A DNA stretch of 59,082 bases from Acidobacteriota bacterium (GTDB taxonomy: Bacteria; Acidobacteriota; Polarisedimenticolia; Polarisedimenticolales; DASRJG01): positions 1-59,082 of the forward strand of contig JBGQLU010000003.1 of the NCBI GenBank assembly GCA_041500265.1, in the 5' to 3' direction. Positions 37,091 to 49,000 of this stretch are shown piece by piece (position 1 is the stretch's first letter; every line of letters starts with the position of its first letter). A program made the translations under genes and the position numbers. The notes beneath the pieces were generated by a model. It was not told the DNA's origin. It ran no database searches and was given only the letters and a program-made list of their open reading frames with translations.

Positions 37091-37217
37091 CGGGCATGCT
37101 CCTTCTACGGGACTCGGCGGTCCGTTGAATGACGTGCTGTTTGGCTCGATTCGCACCACGAAAGGCGTCAGGGTACCCCGAATCGGTCCTTTCGGGAGGA
37201 GGCATCGGTGCGGCGCG

Positions 37218-37493
37218 CTAACGTCCCTTGTACACTCGCCTCAAGACGGACGCTCCCTCGCGATCTTCGACCACGGGATGCACCGCCAGCTCGAGGTGGT
37301 CGGACCACTCCGACATCCACTCGAAGAGCGCCTTCCCGTCCTTGCATTCGGCAAGCGCGAAGCCCAGACCGGCGCCGTGCCATCGCCCGAGCATCTTCAC
37401 ACCCTTCGGGGGCGCTCCCCCGGTCTCGAGAAACCGCGCCACAACCGGCGGCATGTGCGCCGGTGCAGCCTTTCAGGTCACCATGAATTTCAT
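37218..37493 (-). pseudogene. DUF3303-family gene with in-frame TGA at codon 7
   Basis: GGAG RBS, then ATG AAA TTC ATG GTG ACC TGA AAG (MKFMVT*K...), continuing in frame RFLETGG.PP.GVKMLGRWH...W..EWSD..E..V.PV.ED. Confidence 0.75.
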
Positions 37494-37672
37494 TTTGACG
37501 TCTCCATGTGGGAGTCCGATGCGCCGCGCGGGATCGACCCACGGCGCCCCAGTCCATCGGCAGCGAGGGAGGATATCACCTCGAAACGGCGTATCCCGCC
37601 GCCACGTGGGGCGCACATTCGGATAGAATCCGTCGCATCACGGCGCAACGGCCGCGAACGGGAGGATGGCAC

Positions 37673-37903
37673 ATGCGAAACGGGACCTGGACGAGAAACG
37701 CTCTGTTCGGCGGGATGGTGGTTTTCGTGCTCGCTTCGGGGCTTTCGGCGCTGTTCTCGACGGTCGAAGCGGGCGCCTGCCGCTGCCCGTTGATCTACGC
37801 GCCGGTCACCTGCGATCACGGCAGGACGTACCCGAACCAGTGCGAGGCCGACTGCCACAACGCCAAGAACTGCGTGCCGACCGGCATCGGAGCGGCGCAG
37901 TAG
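37673..37903 (+). CDS. Small secreted Kazal-like protein
   Basis: Signal peptide then CRCPLIYAPVTCDHGRTYPNQCEADCHNAKNC; GGAGG RBS; paralog of 14846-15067. Confidence 0.82.
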   Translation: MRNGTWTRNALFGGMVVFVLASGLSALFSTVEAGACRCPLIYAPVTCDHGRTYPNQCEADCHNAKNCVPTGIGAAQ

Positions 37904-37905
37904 CG

Positions 37906-39741
37906 TCAGCGCGAACCGCGACCCGGTTTGCCGCGGTCGCGACGGGTCGCCACCGTCGTCCGGCTCGTGCTCTTGTTTCCCGCCGCGTCGCTGCACGAGA
38001 CGTCGATCGTGTACGTCCTGCCCGTGCCGGCCCGGAGGCGGACCCCCAGCTGCGCCGGGCTCGGCTTCGGGCCAGGATCGTCGATGACGAAATCGGGGCT
38101 CGCGCCGCCGCCGCCGCCGGAGCCCGAGACCCGCAGATCGCTCCGAACCGAGACGATCCGGCAGCTCGGTGCGGCGTCACAACCGTCGCTCGCGACGGCG
38201 GTGATCGAGACCGGCACGAGCTTGTGGTTCGGCGGCGACAGGACGCCGGGATTCGCAGCGATCGAGCCGATCACCGGCCGGGTCGTGTCCCGTACGGTGA
38301 CGTTCACGACGTCGGAGCTCGTCGCCCCGGCTTGGTCCGTCACCGTCAGGGACACGGCGTGCTGGCCGAGGGACAACGGTATCGAGGCGGCCGGGCCGGT
38401 CGCCAACAGCGCCCCCAGCTCCGACCAGGCGAACCGGGTGATGTCGTCGTTCGTCCCGGGGGTGGAGTCGGCGTCGGAGCTGCCCGAGCCGTCCAGCCCT
38501 GCCGTCGCGCGGAGGTCTCGTCGGCATTCGAGGAGCTGGTCGGGGCCGGCAGCGGCCACGGGGGGGTGATTCCCCGTGCATTCATTCAGAAGAACCGAGA
38601 CCGTCGCATCGGCGAAGTTCCCGGCGACGATGTCGAGTCCGCCGTCGTGGTTGAAGTCGGCGACCGCAACCGGGATCGGTTCGCTCCCGACGGCGAGGGT
38701 GGCTTGCGGACCGAACGTTCCGTCTCTCCGCCCCAGGAGGACCGACACCGTCGCGTCGTTGACGTTTCCGACGGCCAAATCGGGGTGGCCGTCGTTGTTG
38801 AGGTCGTCGACGGCGACGAAGATCGGAAGTCCTCCGACCCCGAACGCCGCTCCGGGGCCGAACGATCCGTCTCCGCGGCCCAAGGCGACGAGGACGGAAT
38901 CGCTGGACGCGTCGAGCGCCACCAAGTCGAGCGCTCCGTCGCCGTCGAGGTCGGCGAGAGCGAGGGACTGCAACACCGCCCCGGCGGGCATGGAAACGAT
39001 CGTCTGCGGACCGAACGTGCCGTCGCCGCGGCCAAGCAGGATCGTCACCGTGGCGTCGAGGGCATTGTCGACGGCGACATCGAGCTTGCCGTCACCGTTG
39101 AGGTCGCCGACGGCGACCAGCAGTGGCTGCCCGCCGACGGGGATCGACGTGGGAGCGGAGAACGAGCCGTCCCCGACGCCGAGCACCACGATGACGCGGC
39201 CGGCGAGGAAATCAGTCACGACTAGATCGCCATGCCCGTCGCCGTTGAGGTCGCCGAGCGCCAGGCCTTCGACCGCCCCCCCGGCGGGGAACGTGGTCTG
39301 CGGGCCGAGTCCCCCGTGTCCATCTCCCAGGAGAACCGAAAGCGTGCCGTCGTTGCTGTTGAGCACGACCACGTCGGTCTTTCCGTCGGCGTCGAGGTCG
39401 GACGCCACGACTCGCGTCGCGCCGCGACCCACGGTGAATGGCGTCGGCGCTCCGAACGAGCCGTCGCCGTTTCCGAGGAGGATCGCGACGCTGTTCGCGT
39501 TGCCGCCGCCCGCCGAGAAATTCGTGACGGCCAAATCGAGATTGCCGTCACCATCGAAGTCCGCGACGGCGATCCCCTCGGGCCGCCCGCCTGCAGACTC
39601 GGTGATTTGCGAGGCGAAGCTCGAGTCTGGGCAGGAGGCATAGGCGGACAGCGCAGGGCCTCCTGGACCGTAGACCAGCGGCGCCGAGAACGCGATCAGG
39701 ACGATCGACCCGATCGCGTAGGGATGCTTGAGCGGTTTCAT
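37906..39741 (-). CDS. FG-GAP/VCBS repeat protein with PKD-like and PPNHK C-terminal domains
   Basis: About seven D(F/L)(N/D)GDG..D...N...V..LLG.GDG.F repeats; PPVA.AGPDQ...LDGSGSSD.D; LSPPNHKLV. Confidence 0.9.
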   Translation of the reverse strand: MKPLKHPYAIGSIVLIAFSAPLVYGPGGPALSAYASCPDSSFASQITESAGGRPEGIAVADFDGDGNLDLAVTNFSAGGGNANSVAILLGNGDGSFGAPTPFTVGRGATRVVASDLDADGKTDVVVLNSNDGTLSVLLGDGHGGLGPQTTFPAGGAVEGLALGDLNGDGHGDLVVTDFLAGRVIVVLGVGDGSFSAPTSIPVGGQPLLVAVGDLNGDGKLDVAVDNALDATVTILLGRGDGTFGPQTIVSMPAGAVLQSLALADLDGDGALDLVALDASSDSVLVALGRGDGSFGPGAAFGVGGLPIFVAVDDLNNDGHPDLAVGNVNDATVSVLLGRRDGTFGPQATLAVGSEPIPVAVADFNHDGGLDIVAGNFADATVSVLLNECTGNHPPVAAAGPDQLLECRRDLRATAGLDGSGSSDADSTPGTNDDITRFAWSELGALLATGPAASIPLSLGQHAVSLTVTDQAGATSSDVVNVTVRDTTRPVIGSIAANPGVLSPPNHKLVPVSITAVASDGCDAAPSCRIVSVRSDLRVSGSGGGGGASPDFVIDDPGPKPSPAQLGVRLRAGTGRTYTIDVSCSDAAGNKSTSRTTVATRRDRGKPGRGSR

Positions 39742-39775
39742 GAATCTTGGTCTCCGGGCGCCGGGTGGGTGAAGA

Positions 39776-39809
39776 GTCCTGCCCGGCGGACGGATCCGCC
39801 GGGCAGGAC
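39776..39809 (-). terminator. 15-bp perfect stem-loop
   Basis: GTCCTGCCCGGCGGA-CGGA-TCCGCCGGGCAGGAC between the 39838 gene and the FG-GAP gene. Confidence 0.65.
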
Positions 39810-39837
39810 CAAGAGGAGGCGAGACGCCTCCGGTCGC

Positions 39838-40533
39838 TTACTGGCCGAACTGTCCGATCGGACCGTCGCCGTCGGCGAAGTTGGTCGTGTTCAGAACCTG
39901 GATTCCCGCTTTGTGGTCGCCGTTGAACGGGGTTTGACCGACCGGGCAGTGCGCCGCCTGGGCCTCGGCCGTCGAGTCGAACCACAGCCCGATGTGGAAC
40001 ATGTGGATGGGTGGGGTCAGCGGATTGGTCGTCGCATCGGAGGGATCCACGAGGGGGGCCGTGCCGACGCCCGGCGCCATGACGAACGTTTCGTCGCTGA
40101 AGATACCGGCGAATCTCGCGTGGCCGACGCCGAACGCGTCGGTCTCGACGTCACCCTGGTACCAGGCCAGACCGAACGGGGCGTGGGGAAGCTGGAGAAC
40201 GAAGACGGTGAACGTGTTGTTCGGGGGGAGCCCCGTGACCAAGACGTCCATCTGCTGGCTCGCGCCGCGCGAGGTCAGCTTGACCACGCCTCGCGCGTTG
40301 GGCAAACACGTGGCGACCGCGCCGTTCTTCACGAGATCGAACGTGAACCCTGGCGTGACGATCTCGGCTCGAGAGGCCGGAGTCTCGACCTCGAAGGACG
40401 ACGCCGGCCTCACGACCGACGCTACCGCGGCGTTCGCAGGGCCGACGGCCCCCGCGAGCGCGAGGAGGGGGGCGAAGGCCCAGCGGGGGAAAGACCCGGG
40501 CGTTTTCGAAGACATCGGAGGGACCTGTTGCAT
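39838..40533 (-). CDS. Secreted hypothetical protein
   Basis: Signal peptide; GLPPN..F.VFVLQ.P.APFG.AWYQGD, HMFHIGLWF, TPFNGDH.AGIQVLNT; AAAGGAG RBS. Confidence 0.82.
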   Translation of the reverse strand: MQQVPPMSSKTPGSFPRWAFAPLLALAGAVGPANAAVASVVRPASSFEVETPASRAEIVTPGFTFDLVKNGAVATCLPNARGVVKLTSRGASQQMDVLVTGLPPNNTFTVFVLQLPHAPFGLAWYQGDVETDAFGVGHARFAGIFSDETFVMAPGVGTAPLVDPSDATTNPLTPPIHMFHIGLWFDSTAEAQAAHCPVGQTPFNGDHKAGIQVLNTTNFADGDGPIGQFGQ

Positions 40534-40591
40534 GACGAATTCTCCTTTCAAGAGATGAAACGGTTCGTAAGGTGGCTGTAACGTTTCGGGG

Positions 40592-42046
40592 TCAGCGGTC
40601 ATCTCCGTCCCGTCCTTCGGAGGCGGGTACGGCCGGGGTGACCGGCGTTGCGGTGCCGGTGAGGATCCAGGCCTTCTGGCTGGGCGCGAAGCGCGGCGCC
40701 AGGTAGCCGTCGTTGATCTCGCGGGTGACCGCGAAGCGGTTGAACGAGGTCGCCGGCAGGAATAGCCGGGCGTTGTCGATGAAGCCGTCCGAGGCGCTGT
40801 CCACGTCGCCTTCCACGGCGGAGATCACTCCGTCACCGTTCTGGTCGACGCGATCCACCTCGGCGGCGTACGCATCGAACAGGCGCTGCGGGAAGTCGGT
40901 GCCCGGCTCGAAGGAAGCCAGCCGCTCGAAGACGTCCAGGAAGATCTCGTTCGCGAGGCCGCTCGGGATGAACCGGTTGCGGAACTCCCGCTGCGCGTCG
41001 TCGTCGCCGTCGAACTTGTCGGGATCGCGGGGGAGGAACGGATTGTCCCCGTAGACGACCGGGTTGTTCCGCACGCCCTGCGGACCCGAGCCCGGCACCA
41101 GGCTGGAGATCCGGCCGATGTTCCCCAATTCGAACGTGCCCGGGATTCCGCCCGTGTTCGGGAGCTCGTAGAGGGGAAAGACCCAGTTGGTCGTGTAGTT
41201 GAACTCCCAGTAGCTGTGCACGTCACTCTGCTGCATGGCGTTGTAGGCGCCCATGCTCAGGAAGATCGGCACCGTGTTCCCCTGGATGTCGGGGAAGTGG
41301 TCCGCTTCGCTCGTGAAGCGCGCGGCCTTGCCGTCGGTGGTGAAGACGTGGCCGGCGACGTTGTTGCCGTTGCCGGTGGCCCGGAGCCGGTCGGCGTCCG
41401 CCTGGAGGAGCTTCCCGAACTTCGCATGGCCGTCCTGCCGGGGCGTATCGACGGGCGCGACCTTGAGATCATGGATCATCCACCCCTCGTACCAGCCGCT
41501 CTCGTTGTTGATCACGAAGAGCGGGTCGATGTCGGTGAAGATGTCGATGAAAGCGCGGACGTCGTTGGGATCGGTCGGCAGATCGGGCTTCGGCTCGAGG
41601 GCGAGACGGACGGAGCCGATCGTCGGGATGCCGCATACGCCGCCGGTCGCGGTGAGCTGCACGGCGTCGTTGACCCCAGGGAAGATCGTCGTGAACACGT
41701 TGGGCTCGAACCCGTGCGTGTCGAGGAGGTAGTACTGGAAGAGCAGGCTCTTCTGATCGGCCTCCGCGAAGGTCTGCATCGGGAGAAAGGTGTGGGGGCG
41801 TCCGGCGAGCCGGAGCAGCCGCTCCTTGAGCGGCCGCGGGGCGAGGCGGACGTCGCCGCGCTGCGCGAGCGTCGCCATGTCGGACTGCGCGTGCGGGTTC
41901 GGATGGCACGGCGCCGGGATGACGTCCGTCTGGAGGAGTGAGGCGGCCTGGCCGCTCGCGACCGACCCGGCGAGCGTGACCTTCGCGGCGACGGCCGCGG
42001 CGAACGAAATCTTCGAGATCCAACTCGGTTTCCGATACGTGACCAT
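40592..42046 (-). CDS. Secreted hypothetical protein with EF-hand-like loop
   Basis: Signal-like N-terminus; strong GC3 bias; INNESGWYEGWMIHD, HSYWEFNY, DQNGDGVISAVE; AGGAG RBS. Confidence 0.85.
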   Translation of the reverse strand: MVTYRKPSWISKISFAAAVAAKVTLAGSVASGQAASLLQTDVIPAPCHPNPHAQSDMATLAQRGDVRLAPRPLKERLLRLAGRPHTFLPMQTFAEADQKSLLFQYYLLDTHGFEPNVFTTIFPGVNDAVQLTATGGVCGIPTIGSVRLALEPKPDLPTDPNDVRAFIDIFTDIDPLFVINNESGWYEGWMIHDLKVAPVDTPRQDGHAKFGKLLQADADRLRATGNGNNVAGHVFTTDGKAARFTSEADHFPDIQGNTVPIFLSMGAYNAMQQSDVHSYWEFNYTTNWVFPLYELPNTGGIPGTFELGNIGRISSLVPGSGPQGVRNNPVVYGDNPFLPRDPDKFDGDDDAQREFRNRFIPSGLANEIFLDVFERLASFEPGTDFPQRLFDAYAAEVDRVDQNGDGVISAVEGDVDSASDGFIDNARLFLPATSFNRFAVTREINDGYLAPRFAPSQKAWILTGTATPVTPAVPASEGRDGDDR

Positions 42047-42132
42047 GGGACAGGCTCCTATCGAGAAGAGGTTCCGGGCCGCGCGGCGGGGGGCGCGCGA
42101 GGCTCGATCCCTGCTGGTTCCACCGTGAAGAT

Positions 42133-42471
42133 TCATGCGCCGGACGAGCCTCCCTGCTGTTTCGGGGCCGCGCGGTCGCTCGTGTCCCCGTTCGTGCGGA
42201 TCACGGCGATCCCGTCCTGCTCGAGCATGTCGGCGATCAGCGGCGAGCACCCGGTGATCCCGACGCCGGCCCGGGCGAGCCGGCCGAGCGCCTCCTTGCC
42301 GGAACGTGCGATGAGGGCCACGCCGGAGAGATCGAGCACGACCGGCCGATCGGAGCGCATCGCCTCCAAGCACACCCGCTCGAGCATGTCGGCCCATGCG
42401 GCGACGATGCGTCCCTCGAGGATCAGGACGACCCGTTGCTGGTCGGCGTCATTGCGAACGATGCGAAGCAT
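42133..42471 (-). CDS. STAS-like small protein
   Basis: MLRI..., LILEGRI...W...LE..C, VVLDLSGV..I...G...L..L...G. Confidence 0.75.
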   Translation of the reverse strand: MLRIVRNDADQQRVVLILEGRIVAAWADMLERVCLEAMRSDRPVVLDLSGVALIARSGKEALGRLARAGVGITGCSPLIADMLEQDGIAVIRTNGDTSDRAAPKQQGGSSGA

Positions 42472-42484
42472 GCCGCTCGACATC

Positions 42485-42499
42485 GCAACACACGTGCCA
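42485..42499 (-). promoter_or_regulatory. Consensus sigma54 promoter
   Basis: TGGCAC-GTGTG-TTGC, a perfect consensus, directly downstream of a bEBP gene. Confidence 0.85.
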
Positions 42500-42607
42500 G
42501 CGCGAATCCGGCGGGACGCCTCGAACGCAATTGCTTCAGGAGAGACGATTTGCGGGGCGAACGCGGCGACGCGGCGGAGCGTCGCGCAGCACCGGCCGCG
42601 CCGCCCC

Positions 42608-42624
42608 GTCGGCGTTATGCCAAC
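42608..42624. promoter_or_regulatory. Candidate bEBP upstream activating sequence
   Basis: GTCGGC-GTTAT-GCCAAC imperfect dyad about 110 nt upstream of the sigma54 promoter. Confidence 0.5.
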
Positions 42625-42633
42625 AGGCCGGAA

Positions 42634-44718
<2,085 letters not shown>

Positions 44719-45012
44719 GAGAACACCCGTCCCGCGGATCGACGTCCGACCTGCCGAGAGAGGCGAATGCGGACGTCCGGTCACGTCGGCGGCGCGCACT
44801 ATAGCGCCGACGCGGCGGCGCGTCCTAATGGCTCTCCCAGGCCGTCTCGGAGTGCTTCAATTTCAACGACTTAGGCGGCTCCGGACGGATCCGCGGAACA
44901 AGAACACGACAGCCGCCGCCGCCGTGGTCGGTGAACCGAGGTGTGGATCGTGTCACCGTGCGCCCACACCGTCGCTTCGGCCCGTTCTTACGCGTCCTGC
45001 TAGTCTTCCTCG

Positions 45013-46089
45013 ATGCTCCCGCGATGCGCTCGCCGCGGCCTCGCCGCGATGCTCCTCACCTGCGGCGGCGCGGTCGCGGCCTCGGCGGCCGGAGCCGCGA
45101 ACGGGCTGGGCGGCTGGATCGTTCCGTGGGACTTCGACGCAGGGATGCAAAGCGTCGCGCGGGGTCGGGGCCTGTTCGACGACGTCTTCCTCTTCGCGGC
45201 GCGCTTGGACCGTTCGGGAAAGGTCGTACTGGACGAGCGCAAAGGGCACTGGCCCGATGCCGTGCGGGACGCGCGCGCGGCCGGAGCCCGAGTTTGGCTC
45301 ACCGTGGTCAACGACGTCGTGGCCGCGGGGCCCTCGCGATCGATCCTCAAGGACTCGAACCTGGTCCACGAGCTTCTCGCGAGCCCCGAGCGGAGCGCCG
45401 CCCATCGCGCCGACATCGTGAACGCGGCGACCCAGCTCGGAGTCGAAGGCGTCGATCTGGATTACGAGAACCTCCCCAGGGGAGAACGCGAACGGTTCTC
45501 CTCCTTCGTCCGCGCGCTGGCCGAAGATCTGCACGCTCGCGGGCTGGCGCTGTCGGTGACCGTGCAGCCGAAGACCGCCGAGAGCACAGCCACCGGCCCC
45601 GGAGCGATGGATTGGAGCGCCTTGTGCTCGGCCGCGGATCGGATTCAAGTGATGCTCTACAACGAGCACAATGCGTCGACCGGACCCGGGCCGGTTGCCG
45701 GCATCGATTGGGTCCGGCGCGTCGCCGACTTCGGTTTGAAGACCTGCCCCGCGAAGTCGCTCGTCCCCGTTCTCAAGGTGTCGGGCATGGATTGGGGGCC
45801 CGACCGCTCCGACTGGCTGTCTTACCCGGAAGTGTCGTCGATCATCGAGCGCGTCCGGCCGAAGATCCACCGCGAGCGCGAGAACCGCGTCCCCTGGTTC
45901 GCCTATCGCGGCGCCGGGGGGCGCCACGTCGTCTACTTCGAGGACGCAGAGAGCCTCGCCGCGAAGTCCGGAGTCTTGAGAAGCCGCGGCCTTTCGAGAA
46001 TCGTGCTCTGGTCCCTCGGAAGCGAGGATCCCGTCGGCCCGGCGCGCATCGCGGCGACCTCGGGGAACGACGGCGGTCAGAATCGGTAG
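45013..46089 (+). CDS. Secreted GH18 family glycoside hydrolase
   Basis: Signal peptide; EGVDLDYE (DxDxE intact), VMLYNEH...PGPVA...W, VYFEDAES, LWSLG.ED. Confidence 0.88.
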   Translation: MLPRCARRGLAAMLLTCGGAVAASAAGAANGLGGWIVPWDFDAGMQSVARGRGLFDDVFLFAARLDRSGKVVLDERKGHWPDAVRDARAAGARVWLTVVNDVVAAGPSRSILKDSNLVHELLASPERSAAHRADIVNAATQLGVEGVDLDYENLPRGERERFSSFVRALAEDLHARGLALSVTVQPKTAESTATGPGAMDWSALCSAADRIQVMLYNEHNASTGPGPVAGIDWVRRVADFGLKTCPAKSLVPVLKVSGMDWGPDRSDWLSYPEVSSIIERVRPKIHRERENRVPWFAYRGAGGRHVVYFEDAESLAAKSGVLRSRGLSRIVLWSLGSEDPVGPARIAATSGNDGGQNR

Positions 46090-49000
46090 GCGAACGAAGC
46101 GTTGACCGCGGTCCGATGATACGTGGGGGTCTGCCCATACTCCCCCGTCACCATGGTGCGCCACCGCGTCGTCCAATCCTGCGTCCAGGCGATTCGCGCG
46201 CGCCCGACCACGCGCGAGCCTGCTTGATCGTCTCGAGAGGGCCCGACTCCCACCTCCGCGTCGATCGAGGCTCCCGTGGCGAAGGACCGCACCACGCGGG
46301 TGAGGGCCAGCAGCGTGACGAGACGCTGGGGCGCGTAGTAGCCGACGGCGCTGAACTGACTGTCGCCGGCCTCGAATCGACCGCCGACCTCCACCAGGCG
46401 CCTCGCCCCGAGCCCCACGGTTCCGTCCGCCCACGCGTAGAGCAACCGGTTGCCGTCGGTCAGGTCGTAATACGAGACGTGGGCGCGTGTCCGCCAGGTC
46501 CGGGTCAGGAACTCGTGGCCCGCATCGCATCCGCGCTTCAGGATGCTGTCCCGCAGCGCTCCGACCGTGTCCTCGTCGAGAACGCCACAGGCGAGGTCGA
46601 AGCGATTTCGGTCGACGCCGCCCCGAAGGCTCGCCTCGCCGTTCAGGCTCCGCACGCCGTCGTTCAGGCTCCGGTACCGGAGCCAGCCGAGGACCGACAG
46701 CCCTTTCGGCGCGTCCCAGGCCCCTCCGAGCGTCGCCTGGCCGCCCTCGAGTGCTGCGAACGCGCGGTCGGTGAACCGCGCCGAGCCGAGCTCGCCCCAC
46801 AGTCGGAACGGCGCCGAAAACGACACGCGCCCGGCGGCTCCGACCTCCACCGTGCCGCGTCCGTCGGAATCCGAGGAGCCGTGCGTCTCGAGGCCCGCCT
46901 GAGGATCGGTCTCCCAGGCGAGCTCACGTCCGACCCGCTTCCGGAAGGGGTCGACACGCCCCCATTCGGGGCCCGTCGGCAGCGCCGCGTAGACGCGCTC
47001 GGCGTCGCGCATCCTGCCCTGGTCTTGAAGGGAGCGGGAGAGGAAGAACCCCGCCTCCGGACCGGTTCTCTCGTCGGCGGCGATCATCGAGCGAAACGCG
47101 GCCTCCGCGCGGCGTGGACGGGCGTTCCAGAGATCCCAACGTGCGGCATCGAGCATGGCTTCCGCGCGAGGCGCCTCGATCGCGAGATGCGCCATGAGCC
47201 GCTCGCCGTTCCACTCGCGAGGAACGTTGAAGCGACGCAGGAGGAGCGGTCCCTGTGCCGCGGCGGCGACGACGTTGTACCCGGAATCGTCCTGCACGAA
47301 GCCGTAACGGTAGTATCTGCGGAACGCGTCCTCGTTGGCTGCGAGCGCGCCGGGGTCGTTCCCGCCGTGCAGCTGCCCCATCTCGGAGAACGGAAAGGCG
47401 TACCCCACGACGGATTGACCCGGCAAGTTGTCGCCGAGCCGCCGCCGGCACTCCAGATAGTCGCCATCCACCCGGGCGACGTACTCGTCGTGGGTCTCGA
47501 GCCGCCCCGCGTCCGCGAGCCACTCGCGGTTAACGAGGAACTCGGCCAGACCGCCGGCCTCGTCCACCGGAATGGGATCGTGGGCCAGGTGGCCGTGGCT
47601 CTGGAAGTCCCAGCGGCCGGTCGAGCGGAGCTCCCGGAGCCGTGTCCAGTCGGCGTTGAAGGCGCTTTCATCGGCGATCCTCACCGTCGGCACGAACATC
47701 GTCGCCTTCATGTTGAGGCGGGCGAGCACGGGATCGGCAAGCTGGAACGAGTCGGCGCGCGCGTCGTCGAAGGTCACCAGAACCGGCTTCCGCGGAAACG
47801 GCGCCGCTCCCGAGCGCATCGCGTCGAGGTCGCTGACGGTGATCGTCGTGAAGCCCGCAGCCGCCAACGCCTCCATCTGCGATACGAACCGATCGAGCGG
47901 CATGCTCAGGCTCCGCGGGTGTTCGGCCAGCCCGTGGTAGAGGAGGATCGGGACATCCACGCGGCCCGCGGGGGTACTCAGGATGCTCGCACGGCGAGCG
48001 GCGGCCTCCGCGCGTCGCCCCGTTTCTTCGAAGATCGACGCTTCCTCCAGGGCACGCTCGTGGGGATCGAGGAACCCGTCACGGTCCGAGCGCAGGAGCG
48101 CGAGCGCTTCGGAGTACCGCCCCAACGCGTACAACGCATGCACCTCCCCGATGAACACCGTGCGATTCCGGCCCAGGTCCTTGCGGAGCCGCCGGTACTC
48201 GTCGAGCGCTTCTCCCGGCCGATGGAGGGTGAGGTGGACGTCCGCGAGCAGGAAGCGGAGCTGCGGGGAATCGGGATGGGAGCGCATGGCCTCTTCGAGC
48301 ACGCGCTCGGCGAGGCGTGGTCGATCGGTCGCTTCGTAGGTTTCGACGAGCGTGACCCAGTAGGCCACGCGCTGCGGGTAGCGCGTGACGAGCTCTCGGT
48401 ACCAGCGCCCGGTCGACGCGTCGTTCCTCTGCACCTGGGCGTCCTCCGCGAGGAGGCGCAGGACGGGCTCCGAGGCGCGGTTCCCGGCGACGAGATCGCG
48501 CGCCGCATTGATCGCGTCGTCGTACTCTCCCGTCTCGTACATGGATCGGATCCAGTAATGGGTTGCGCGCGGGAGCTCCGATCCCATGTCGATGATCTTG
48601 CGCCACTGGGCCTCGGAGGCTTTGAAGTCTAGGCTTCTCCACAAGGCCTCCCCGTAAAGAGTCTGCACGGTGAGATCGTCGGGGTGCTGTTCCACCAGCG
48701 TCTCGGCGAGCGTTCTCGCGCTGCGGTACTTGCCGTCGGCGAGGTACGCCCTCGTCAGGAGGACGTTGGGGCCCTTCGTGTCCGTCGGATCGAACGCCAG
48801 AGCGAGGAGGGCCTGCTCGATGGCCGCGGCCGGCGTGCCGCGCTGAAGCTCGAGTCGCGCCAGGAGCAGACGGGGCTCCGCCAGCTCGGAATACGCGGCC
48901 GCGTAGCCGGTCCAAACCCGGCGCACTCCGGCCCAGTCGGCCTGCCTCCATAGGGTCCATCCGTAGTCGCGGAGCGCGGCGCGGTTGTTCGGATCCGCGT

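Noticed and set aside
37473-37475. Selenocysteine or genetic code 4/25 reading of the TGA in the DUF3303 gene
   Set aside because: The position corresponds to Trp rather than Cys, I could not identify a convincing SECIS, and TGA is the normal stop for many genes here.
38580-39600. DNA-level repeats that could suggest a CRISPR or tandem array
   Set aside because: They are degenerate coding repeats of FG-GAP units (likewise the Kelch repeats at 17200-18050); no identical repeat-spacer pattern.
44861-44873. IHF-like site TTTCAACGACTTA in the divergent bEBP/GH18 intergenic region
   Set aside because: Single short match with one mismatch and no associated sigma54 promoter or mobile-element end.
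44931-48632. 1233-aa plus-strand ORF and similar long ORFs (1514-3976, 3159-5717, 15984-18353, 22002-24200, 33865-36495, 42436-44505, 51752-53794, 55035-57278)
   Set aside because: Arg/Pro/Gly-rich shadow frames of well-supported genes; expected at this GC content; no motifs.
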